64,000 bases of DNA. Origin: an uncultured Bacilli bacterium. Lineage in GTDB: Bacteria > Bacillota_I > Bacilli_A > RF39 > UBA660. This document shows, in pieces, positions 25,026-34,800 of this stretch. Under the pieces are notes generated by a model. It made no database searches and was not told where the DNA came from. It saw only the letters and a list, made by a program, of their open reading frames with translations. The number at the start of each line of letters is the position of its first letter. Position 1 is the first letter of the stretch. Position numbers and translations under genes: made by a program. The stretch is from contig CAKPPW010000002.1 in the NCBI GenBank assembly GCA_934177995.1, positions 16,425 through 80,424 on the forward strand, given 5' to 3'.

Positions 25026-25700
25026 ATGTTAAACTTTTCAAAAAAATATATTGCTGTTATTATATTGAGTATAATTATTTTTCTTACATTATATTTTTGT
25101 TGGATATTTTTGTTAAAAAAAGAATACAACTATAAAAGTGGGGAAATTAGAATTTATCAATATAATGATAAAATAAAAGTATCTGATTTAGATTCTCTCT
25201 TTTTGGATTCTTTAAATGTAAATAATAATTATTTGTCTTTTTATGATGATGCGATTATTCAAATAAATAAAAATGACCTTCGTAAGCGTGCCATTGGAGA
25301 AGTATCAGTATTTGCTAAATATGATTCTATAGAAAATTTAGTTCTATTTTTAAAGGAAAATGGAGTAGAAATTCAATCTAATCTAATATTAGAAAATCGA
25401 AGAATAATTATATATAGCAATGGAAAAACAGTGTGTATTTTATTTTTTGAATCTGATAATAAAGTTAGATTAAATTTTAGGACAGAATTACCATATAAAA
25501 TATCCAATATGTACACAAGTGATGATGAATTTGAAAATTATTTTTTAAAAATAAATGCAAAAACTCACTTATCAATAAAAGAACAATTAAAATATAATTT
25601 TATAAAGATAGCCATTGTAATAGTTTGCTTTAATTTAATTTGTTTGGTATTTCTTACATTAAAAGAATTAATAATAATAAAAAAGTGTAAAAAAAAGTAA
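25026..25700 (+). CDS. Bitopic membrane protein (N- and C-terminal TM), hypothetical; possible immunity or accessory factor
   Basis: TGGTATAAT promoter at 25000-25008; TMs IAVIILSIIIFLTLYFCWIFLL and IAIVIVCFNLICLVFLTL. Confidence 0.6.
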   Translation: MLNFSKKYIAVIILSIIIFLTLYFCWIFLLKKEYNYKSGEIRIYQYNDKIKVSDLDSLFLDSLNVNNNYLSFYDDAIIQINKNDLRKRAIGEVSVFAKYDSIENLVLFLKENGVEIQSNLILENRRIIIYSNGKTVCILFFESDNKVRLNFRTELPYKISNMYTSDDEFENYFLKINAKTHLSIKEQLKYNFIKIAIVIVCFNLICLVFLTLKELIIIKKCKKK

Positions 25701-25920
25701 TAATTTGTCTATTTGCTATTTTCTTTTATCAGAATATATGATATTATGATGATGAGAAATATAGTGATGAATATGCAGTATCTTTCATCGTTGCAGCGAG
25801 TTATTGTTGTGATTGGAAGCTACTGCTTTTTTATATAATAATATTGTTGCATCTGAAGATTATTAAAGACTATTAATTGCTTATAGCATTGATAGAATAT
25901 ATTAAGAAGGAGGTGATGAT

Positions 25921-26421
25921 ATGAGAAAAAAGATTATAATGTTTGGTGTTTTTCTAGTTGGACTATTTTTTGCAGGAAATTTTAATGTTTATGCAAGAGA
26001 GTGCGAATGGGGATTACAAGCTCCTCAAATACCACAAGGTTATGCAGAGAATAGAGGTCATATTGTAAGCTTAAAAACAACAGCAAGTGCCTGTAAAGGA
26101 GTCAATACTGCCGTTTATTTTTCCAACTTTGGAAGTTTACCAAATTGGTATACACCAAGTTCTGGAACAATTGTACATGGGTATTTGATGGAAGATGATC
26201 CTCCAGCATATGAACCAGATGAAAGAGTTAAATATTACATTGGTTTTTTTACTGGAAGGGTATTAACAGATTTTCAGCTTAATAAAACAATTACTCCTGG
26301 AAATATTGATAGTGAAGGAGATCAAACTTGTGAATTATATATGAATTTCTCAATTTCTGGAACGACAGGTGGTACTCCTATTCCACAGGGATTATTCTAT
26401 TATGGAATTTGTATGAATTAA
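25921..26421 (+). CDS. Secreted 4-Cys protein, family copy B (paralog of 17238..17714)
   Basis: SD AGAAGGAGGTGA; signal peptide ...NVYA|RE; shares CEWG, KTTASAC, VYFSN, YLMEDD, GDQTCELYMNF, YGICMN with copy A. Confidence 0.75.
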   Translation: MRKKIIMFGVFLVGLFFAGNFNVYARECEWGLQAPQIPQGYAENRGHIVSLKTTASACKGVNTAVYFSNFGSLPNWYTPSSGTIVHGYLMEDDPPAYEPDERVKYYIGFFTGRVLTDFQLNKTITPGNIDSEGDQTCELYMNFSISGTTGGTPIPQGLFYYGICMN

Positions 26422-26460
26422 TAATACAATATGTAATTTTATAAAAATGGAGGTGAAAGA

Positions 26461-27309
26461 ATGAAAAAAAGTGGAATTGTAGTAATTTGTATATGTATAG
26501 TTGTTTTACTAATAGGTATACTTACTGTTCATGCTCAATCAAATAATAAAAAACTTATAGTAGATAGTGAATTAGGATATACAGAACGCAGTGTTTTTGA
26601 TGAACTAGAAGATGGATGGGTATATGGCTTTGAGATAATTTATGCAGATGAGGACCAAACTATTAATTATATCTTTGATGGTTATAATTTAAAACATAAG
26701 CCAGAAGGTACAGAATATTATATATCATATAAGAATATGGAAACAGGCGAAGAGATTGAAAGAATACCATCGAAGTATGCAACATTATCTACTTCAGAAA
26801 AATTCAGAGATGAAATAAAGGAAATTAACAATTTTTTCAATAACAAAAAATTTGTAAGAGAAATCACATTGAATGACTTAGATACATTAAATGTTACAAA
26901 AATAAGTAAAAGTTATTTAGTTGATTTATTTAACAGAACAATAAATTCGCAAATGAAAAGTAATCCAGGCGAGTATATTAAAGCACCATCTTTAGAATAT
27001 AAAACGCAAAAGTCTTCTGATGTTAATAAACCTGGTGAATGGCAAGTTATGTATATTATTGACTATGGATATATAAATAATATTGAAATAGAATTTATTC
27101 CTGAAAATAAAACAGAAGTTGCTTCATTTAATAGTTATTCGGTTCAAAGAAAGCAAGAAACAGCAGAATTGGAAAAATTAGAAAAAGAAATAATAGAAAA
27201 GCAAAGTACTTCTTCGAAAGATTTGATAGAATCTGATTCCGTTTTAACTAACAACTCTGATTTAGGTAGTTTATTAGATAACATATATAATGATATATTA
27301 AATAAATAA
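26461..27309 (+). CDS. Secreted/anchored hypothetical protein following 4-Cys protein B
   Basis: SD GGAGGTGAAAG; signal/anchor IVVICICIVVLLIGILTVHA. Confidence 0.65.
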   Translation: MKKSGIVVICICIVVLLIGILTVHAQSNNKKLIVDSELGYTERSVFDELEDGWVYGFEIIYADEDQTINYIFDGYNLKHKPEGTEYYISYKNMETGEEIERIPSKYATLSTSEKFRDEIKEINNFFNNKKFVREITLNDLDTLNVTKISKSYLVDLFNRTINSQMKSNPGEYIKAPSLEYKTQKSSDVNKPGEWQVMYIIDYGYINNIEIEFIPENKTEVASFNSYSVQRKQETAELEKLEKEIIEKQSTSSKDLIESDSVLTNNSDLGSLLDNIYNDILNK

Positions 27310-27315
27310 TTTTAA

Positions 27316-27357
27316 ATTGCAAGATTATCATTTGTAATCAATCTTGCAATTTTTTTG
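27316..27357 (+). terminator. Rho-independent terminator
   Basis: ATTGCAAGAT-15 nt-ATCTTGCAAT followed by TTTTTTT. Confidence 0.8.
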
Positions 27358-27436
27358 TGAAATAGTATAATATGATTAATAGTAAGCTTAAAATTAAAAT
27401 AAACACTTATATAAATTGGAAAAGGGAGAACAAATA

Positions 27437-28189
27437 ATGAAAAAAATTACTATTAAAATTTTTATACTGCTATTATTTTTAGTATGTTTATTTTTCTTGA
27501 TTTTAAAATTTTATCCATTTGGTAGCAAAGTATATATTTCAGATTCCGTTGAAATAAACATTCCGATTTTTTCTAAGGTGGTAGAAAAGAAAGAAAATTA
27601 CATTGTATTGAAGACATTTAGAAGTAAATATATTATTCAGAATGAATTAGAAAAAATTTTTGAAGAATATGAAAAATATAATTGTAATTTGTCCGATACT
27701 ATTTATTATAATGAGAAGAATAATTATTCAATATTGTCATATAACTTCGAAAGAAAAGGTTTTTATAATAAAATTATAATCAATTATAAGGTTGGGAAAG
27801 TTGATAATAATTTTTGTGGAAAAATTGTTGATTATAAAAAGTTAAAATATAAAATATTGCCTATTAATGATACAGGCTACTGTTATATTCCAGATTCTTT
27901 TAGTATTAAAGACTATACTATTAACTATAATTGTTTCGGAAATTTAGCAATAGAAAATGGTATGGGGAAAATGATATATTTTGATCAAATTTTATCATAT
28001 GGTTGGTTAGAAATTTCTGATTTTTTGCAGTTTTTAGAATATCAGGCAGAAAAAGGGAAATTTAATATATATAGTTATAATAATGATGTTTTATATCATG
28101 GAAACGACTTTGATGTACTTTACTGTAAAACTTCAAAAAAAATTTATGTAGATAAGGAAATTGAGATGAATGAAAATATTTGTAAATAA
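27437..28189 (+). CDS. N-terminally anchored hypothetical protein
   Basis: ORF track 27416..; ATG 27437 after AAGGGAGAA; TM IFILLLFLVCLFFLIL. Confidence 0.6.
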   Translation: MKKITIKIFILLLFLVCLFFLILKFYPFGSKVYISDSVEINIPIFSKVVEKKENYIVLKTFRSKYIIQNELEKIFEEYEKYNCNLSDTIYYNEKNNYSILSYNFERKGFYNKIIINYKVGKVDNNFCGKIVDYKKLKYKILPINDTGYCYIPDSFSIKDYTINYNCFGNLAIENGMGKMIYFDQILSYGWLEISDFLQFLEYQAEKGKFNIYSYNNDVLYHGNDFDVLYCKTSKKIYVDKEIEMNENICK

Positions 28190-28242
28190 GACGATTTGAT
28201 TGTTTAAAAATTACTAATTGTTCAAAAAATTCACTTTGTCCG

Positions 28243-28271
28243 TTGACTGTCCTAAAAAAATGTGCTAATAT
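28243..28271 (+). promoter_or_regulatory. Sigma-A promoter with extended -10
   Basis: TTGACT 28243-28248, 17-nt spacer, TGcTAATAT 28263-28271. Confidence 0.55.
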
Positions 28272-28300
28272 GGTATTATAGAGAAATTATAAAGAGGAAT

Positions 28301-28331
28301 AAATAGACATAATTCTGTGTCTATTTTTTTT
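28301..28331 (+). terminator. Terminator hairpin about 30 nt downstream of the promoter (attenuator or short RNA)
   Basis: AAATAGACA-TAATTCTG-TGTCTATTT followed by a T-run. Confidence 0.6.
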
Positions 28332-28425
28332 GTGCTTTTTCTCTGTTTTTTGTTTATAAAGAAAGGGGATGAGAGATAAATTTAAAATGTTTTTAAGCAG
28401 TACCAATTTATGAAAGGAGAATATT

Positions 28426-31400
28426 GTGAAGAAGAAATTTGGTATGAAGTTAAAAAAATTTTTAAATGCAGTTATGGCAGTAGGTATTTTTCTTGCTTCA
28501 ATTCCCATTACACCATTTATAACTGAAGTTCATGCACTTTCAAATGTATCTGGTGATAAGATTATTGAAGTGGCTCAAAATTATAGTAGTTGGGGATATT
28601 GGGAGGTAGGAACTTGTACAGGATTAGTTACTCGTACATTAAATAAATTAGGTATTGGAACATCAGTAGTTGGAACTCATCCTTACAATATTGATACTAA
28701 ACAACCTGAAGGTACAGGTGCAAGGTATTCTCCAGCTGCAATGTATAGAAACGCAATGAATCATCCTGAAGATGCAAAATTAATTTGGCAAGGATATATT
28801 AAAGATATAGAAGAAAATGCTCATTTATTTAAAAATGGCGATTTAATTATTCAAAGACCAGAAGATAAAGCTTCATATACAGGTGATGGTCATGTAGGTT
28901 TTATGCACATTTATGGAAAAACTATTGCTAATTATGGTGCTGGAACTACAGGCATAAAAGATTATGTTATGGCTACTAATGTATCAACTATCAATGTTTC
29001 ATCATTAAATGATACAGAATATAGTATTATGCCACTTAATATACCACCACATGTAAATTCTATGGATTATATCTCTGTATTTAGATTAATTGAGGTAGAA
29101 CCTGTATATGATACATTAAGTTCTACTAAAACAGCAGATGAAAGAGTAGAGATAACTTTCCATAAAACGGATGTTGAAACCAATAAACCACTATCTGGAG
29201 TAGAAGTTGATTTTTATAGAGATGGCGTTAAATTTTCATCTGGAGTCACTGATACAAGTGGTAATGCAGTATCAACATCAATAGTTACACATTCTTCTAC
29301 ATCTTCACCTAAAACCTTTGTAACAAACTGGGATGATTTAGAAGATGCTGGAAAAGCCGAAGTAGATCAAAGAGGTGTATATCATAGTAGATTAGAGGCA
29401 CAGGCAGCAGCAGATGCTGAAGCACAAAAAGCAGCAACACAAAAAGCATCACAAACTCATACATTTACAGTTATTGAAACAAAGACTAAAACAAAATATT
29501 GGTTAAATCCAGATAATCCAACTGTAAGTGATAAAGCAACAGGAAGTGGCAGTGTAAAAGTTAGTTTAACTAATGAAAGAGTTAGAGGAACTGCTTATTT
29601 ATTTAAGGAAGATGCAGATGTAAAATATGCACAAAATGAGTCTGAAATAGATGGTGCTGTGTATGGATTATATGCTAGTTCTGATATTTTAGATCCAGCA
29701 GATAATTCAGTAATTTATACTAAAGGAACTGAAATAACTAGAGTTCGCATTGCAAATAGTGAAGCAAAGGTGGAAAATTTATATCTTGGCGATTATGAGT
29801 GGCGTGAACTAACAGCTGGAATTGGATTCTCCGTTGATCCAACAGTTCATAAATTTAGTTTAACTTATGCAAATCAAAATGTGAAAGTTGTAACTAATAA
29901 AACAACATCAAAAGAAAATGTAATTGTAGGAGATTTTGAATTAGAAAAAGTTATTACTTCAGGTGATGAATCTGAGATAGTTGAAAAAGAAGAAGGAGCA
30001 GAGTTTTTAGTTGTAGCTAAAAAATATGTAGAGAAATATGGAAGTATAGATGAAGCATGGAATCATAGAAATGAATTTACAGAAAAGGAATATGATAAAC
30101 TAATTACTTCTAACAAAGGGTATGCTAAAAGTAGAAAACTTGCATATGGAACTTTTGTAGTAAAACAAGTAAAAGGTAAAATTGATACAGATATGGTAAA
30201 AAATACTTGGGAATTTAAAGTGGCTAGGGAAAATCAAGATACAATAAAATATATAATTAACAATCGTAATTTTACTTCTTATTTAAAATTAGTTAAAAGA
30301 GATAAAGATACTGGTAAACTAATAACTATGTCTAATACTTCTTTTAAAATTAAAAATGCTGATACTGGAGAATATTTAACACAAAAGGTTGCTGATAAAA
30401 CCTATGATACTTGGAAAACTTCAGATAAAGGTTTCTTCCAACTTCCATTAGAAGTTAAGGCTGGAAATTGGATTCTTGAAGAAATTGAAAGTCCTGATTT
30501 ATATGTTATTAATACAGAAGGTCAAAATTTTAAAGTAACAAATGCTAATATTGTAGAAGTGGATAAAGACGGTGATCCAATATTAACAGTTACAATGTAT
30601 GATCAAGCTGTTAAAGGACAAGTTAAAGTTTCTAAAAGAGGAGAAGTATTAACAAATATTGAAAAAGATGAAAATGGTAATATCAAATTTATCTATGAAG
30701 AAAAAAGTTTAGAAGGAATGGTAGTTTATATTCAAGCTGATGAGGATATAATTGATCCAGCAGATGGTTCAGTTATCTATAAAAAAGGAGAAATAGTTGA
30801 TATAGTTACTACTACTAGCGAAGAATATACTCTATCTAATTTACTTCCTCTAGGACATTATATAGCTTATGAATATAAAGCACCACAAGGAATGATTATT
30901 GATACAAAGAAATATAATATTAATTTAGAATTTAAAGATAATGAAACTGAAGTAGTAATGAAAACACTTTCTATTACTAATAAAAGACAAAAAGTCGAAG
31001 CAGATTTAACTAAATTAGATTCAGATAGAGATATAGCACTAGAAGGTGTTATTTTTAACTTGAAATCAACTAAAGATATATTATCTTATGATGGAAAAGT
31101 GTTAGTTAAAGCCGGAGAATTAATAGAAGAAGGCAAAACTGATGCAAATGGTAGATATGTATTTAATGCTGATCTTCCACTTTCATTTGATGATGAAATT
31201 TATTTTGAAATTTTAGAAGAACAAGAATTGAATGGATATTATAAAAACAACGAAAAACTTGCAGTAGATACAAAATATAAAGGTCAAAATATTGAAAAAA
31301 TATCAAATTCAGAAAAGGTATATAACGAGCCAATAAAAAATTATGTTTTAATTAATAAGGTTGACGATAAAACCTTAGAAAATATAATTAGTAAAGACTT

Positions 31401-31797
31401 TTCATTTAGATTATGTAAAGATGAAGCATGCAAAGAAGTATTAGATATATATCATGCTAACATTGAAGATGGAACAACTTTAATACCAATTTATTATGGT
31501 GAATGGTTTGCCAGTGAATATGAAGCCCCTGAAGGATATTCTATGTCATCTGAGATTGTTCGTATAAAACTAAATGATGAAGGATTATTTATCAATGATA
31601 AGCTAGTAGAAACAAATGAAGATTTACTTTATAGTATAAAATATCAAGATACACTACTACCTGTTATTCAAGAAAATAATGGTGTTCAAACAGGATATGA
31701 TGACAATATGACTTTATATTTAACTATTGGTGGTCTTTCTTTTGCAGGTATAGCAGCAATTCTAATATCATTAAATAAAAAGAAAAGAAGAAAGTAA
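28426..31797 (+). CDS. Cell-wall-anchored giant adhesin: N-terminal papain-like (NlpC/P60- or CHAP-like) domain + multiple SpaA/Cna-B-type Ig-fold domains + xVQTG sorting signal
   Basis: GTG start after AAAGGAGAA; signal peptide; WEVGTCTGLV ... GDGHVGFMH (Cys/His pair); repeated prealbumin-like modules (VEITFHKTDVETNKPLSGVEVDFY, LKLVKRDKDTGKLI, GQVKVSKRGEVL, ADLTKLDSDRDIALEGVIFNLKS); C-terminus NGVQTG-YDDN-hydrophobic-KKKRRK. Confidence 0.8.
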   Translation: MKKKFGMKLKKFLNAVMAVGIFLASIPITPFITEVHALSNVSGDKIIEVAQNYSSWGYWEVGTCTGLVTRTLNKLGIGTSVVGTHPYNIDTKQPEGTGARYSPAAMYRNAMNHPEDAKLIWQGYIKDIEENAHLFKNGDLIIQRPEDKASYTGDGHVGFMHIYGKTIANYGAGTTGIKDYVMATNVSTINVSSLNDTEYSIMPLNIPPHVNSMDYISVFRLIEVEPVYDTLSSTKTADERVEITFHKTDVETNKPLSGVEVDFYRDGVKFSSGVTDTSGNAVSTSIVTHSSTSSPKTFVTNWDDLEDAGKAEVDQRGVYHSRLEAQAAADAEAQKAATQKASQTHTFTVIETKTKTKYWLNPDNPTVSDKATGSGSVKVSLTNERVRGTAYLFKEDADVKYAQNESEIDGAVYGLYASSDILDPADNSVIYTKGTEITRVRIANSEAKVENLYLGDYEWRELTAGIGFSVDPTVHKFSLTYANQNVKVVTNKTTSKENVIVGDFELEKVITSGDESEIVEKEEGAEFLVVAKKYVEKYGSIDEAWNHRNEFTEKEYDKLITSNKGYAKSRKLAYGTFVVKQVKGKIDTDMVKNTWEFKVARENQDTIKYIINNRNFTSYLKLVKRDKDTGKLITMSNTSFKIKNADTGEYLTQKVADKTYDTWKTSDKGFFQLPLEVKAGNWILEEIESPDLYVINTEGQNFKVTNANIVEVDKDGDPILTVTMYDQAVKGQVKVSKRGEVLTNIEKDENGNIKFIYEEKSLEGMVVYIQADEDIIDPADGSVIYKKGEIVDIVTTTSEEYTLSNLLPLGHYIAYEYKAPQGMIIDTKKYNINLEFKDNETEVVMKTLSITNKRQKVEADLTKLDSDRDIALEGVIFNLKSTKDILSYDGKVLVKAGELIEEGKTDANGRYVFNADLPLSFDDEIYFEILEEQELNGYYKNNEKLAVDTKYKGQNIEKISNSEKVYNEPIKNYVLINKVDDKTLENIISKDFSFRLCKDEACKEVLDIYHANIEDGTTLIPIYYGEWFASEYEAPEGYSMSSEIVRIKLNDEGLFINDKLVETNEDLLYSIKYQDTLLPVIQENNGVQTGYDDNMTLYLTIGGLSFAGIAAILISLNKKKRRK

Positions 31798-31818
31798 AAA
31801 CCATGAAAGGAGCAATTT

Positions 31819-34800
31819 ATGAGTAATAAATATATTGTTAATAATCATGAAAGTTCAAAATATTATAAAGAAGTTCCTTATATAAAAAAGAAAGAATTTA
31901 ATAAAAATAAGGATAATATTATCATTGGTAAAACTAAGTTAAAAAAATATAAATCCGACTCTGATAATAAAGAGTTGGATTTATTATATTTTAATGATAA
32001 TGAATATATTATAAAAGAAAGAATTTTTGGATTTAAAAAAGGGTATATATGGGTAGGGGATAATAAATATGTATTATTGAAAACCCGTACACCGTTTTTA
32101 ATATTATTGTTTTTATTATTGCTTTTTCTAATATTATTTTTATGCTTAAATTGTAAAAAAGATATACCTGAAAATAAACCAATAAATAATAATCAAGAGG
32201 AAGTAATACCAGATAACAACTCTAAAGAAGAACCAAAAACGGATAAAAAGCAAGAAGATGATCCATATAAATATGTTCCTAAAAGGGATAAAGTAGAAAA
32301 AGCTGAAGGAATAAAATATACAATAGTTTTTGATTCTAATGGTGGGGTTGGAACAATGGAAAAAATTGTTTGCATTGGAAATGAAGTATGTAATTTACCA
32401 AAAAGTACATTAAGTAAAGAAGGATATAGATTTACTGGTTGGTCAACTGAAAAGGATGGAGAACCTATATACCTAGATGAGATGGAAGTATTTAATTTAT
32501 CTACAAAAAATAATGATAAAGTAGTTCTATATGCAATGTGGCATATTGAATCATTTGATGTGGAATTTTTAGATTATGATGGCTCAACCATTCATAAAGA
32601 TAGATATGATTATGGAGATAGTATAATTGTTCCAGATGATCCTGAAAGAAAAGGATATACATTTTTAAAATGGGATAATGATATAAAAACAGTTAATGAT
32701 AATCTAAAAATAACAGCACTTTATAATATTAATGATTATGAAATATCTTATGATTTAAGTGGAGGAACATTTGAAGAAGATGTTCCTTCAACTTATACTA
32801 TTGAAAATGATTCTTATAAAATTCCAACTCCTAGTAAAAAGGGTTATACATTTCTAGGGTGGTCTAATAAAACAGATGAAAATTTAAATAAAGATTATGA
32901 GATAAAAAAAGGAACAATTGGTAACATAGATTTAATTGCTAATTATATCCCCAATTCATATCAATTAATATTTAATACAAATGGTGCGAACGAAGAGGTT
33001 AATTCTAAAATAGTTAATTATGATTCTAAATATGGAGAATTGCCTTTAGTAACTAAGGATGGATATGAATTTGTAGGTTGGACTGATAATAGCAATAAAG
33101 ATGTTTCGGAAAATACAGTTTTTAATGAATTTAATGATGTAACAATTAATGCTAATTGGAACACAATAAAATATGATATTACTTATAATTTAGTTGGTGG
33201 AACAATAGAAGATGTTAAAGAATCATTTGATGTAGAAACTGAAACATTTAAAATGCCTAATCCAAATAAAGAAGGATATATTTTCCTTGGATGGACTATA
33301 AATGAAGACGATACCTTTAAGAAAGATTTTGAAATACCAAAAGGAACTATTGATAATATAGAATTAACAGCAAACTATAAACCTATTTCTTATTCTATTG
33401 TTTATCATTCTAATGGTGGAAATGGAATGATGGATAATACAAAGGTTAAATATAATAATAGATTTAATTTAAAAAAAAATAGTTTTACAAGAGAAGGATA
33501 TAATTTTCTTGGTTGGTCAACTGAAGAAAATGGTAATGTTATATATACAGATGAACAACAACTATATAATCTATCTAAAGAAGATGGCAAAGTTATAGAT
33601 TTATATGCAAAATGGGGAATTATTAAATTAAATGTTAAATATTATGATTTGTTTGATGTAATATTAAAAGAAGAAATAGTTGATTATGGAAATAATTCAG
33701 TAGCTCCTGAAGATCCATTTATTGATGGCTATACATTTATAGGTTGGGGTTCAGATGATGAAATTATTAAGAAAGATACTATTTTTAAAGCTCAATATTC
33801 AACAAATGATTATACAATTAAATATAACTTAAATATGGAAGGTACAGGTGATTTAAAAGAAATTCATTATAATGTTGAAAGTGAATCATTTTCATTACCA
33901 ATACCAACTAGAACAGGTTATACATTTTTAGGATGGACTGGTTCTAATGGATTAAAACCAAAGGTAAATATAACTATCCCAAAACATTCGATTGGTAATA
34001 AAGAGTATACTGCAAACTGGGAAGCTAATATATATAATGTTAATTTAAATTCAAATCAAGGAATAGTAAGCCCTAGTAGTATAGCGATTTCTTATAATAG
34101 TTTATATGGTATTTTACCAACTGCTCAAAGAAGAGGATACACATTTAAAGGTTGGCATTATGGTAATTCTTTAATCGAAGAAACAACTGTTATGCAAAAA
34201 GCATTTGATCATGAATTAAAGGCTGACTGGCAAATAATTACTTATAATATTTCTTATAATTTAAATGGTGGTAGTGTTTCATCAAATCCAACACAATATA
34301 ATGTTGAAACAAATACTTTTACTTTGACAAATCCAACAAGAAAAGGCTATACATTTTTAGGATGGACTGGTTCTAATGGATCAACACCATCTAAAAGTGT
34401 TCAAATAGAAAAAGGGAACATTGGTAATAAAGAATATACTGCAAACTGGGAAGTAATTACTTATACAATATCTTATAAAACGAATATGAGTTCTTTACCT
34501 TCTAATCCTATTACTTATACAGTAGAAAGCAATTCATTTACTTTAAATAATCCTAGTAAATATGGAGAATTTTCTTTTGTGGGATGGTCAGGAACAGAAA
34601 TTAATGGTAATTCTAAAAATGTAACAATTCCAAAAGGATCAATAGGTAACAGAACATTTACTGCTAACTGGTATGATGATACTCCACCAACAATTACAGG
34701 GTTTAGTGTTCAAGTATTAGGTCCAAACTCAAGAGGTGGACATGATATAAAAATTTCAATAGATGCTTACGATAATGGTGTCGGTGTAGATAGATTTGAA

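Noticed and set aside
18259-25700. Interpretation of the holin/endolysin genes as a prophage lysis cassette
   Set aside because: No terminase, portal, capsid, tail or phage-type replication genes occur anywhere in the 64 kb, and the flanks are ICE cargo. A prophage remnant cannot be excluded without synteny comparison, so it is kept as the refutation route in the finding.
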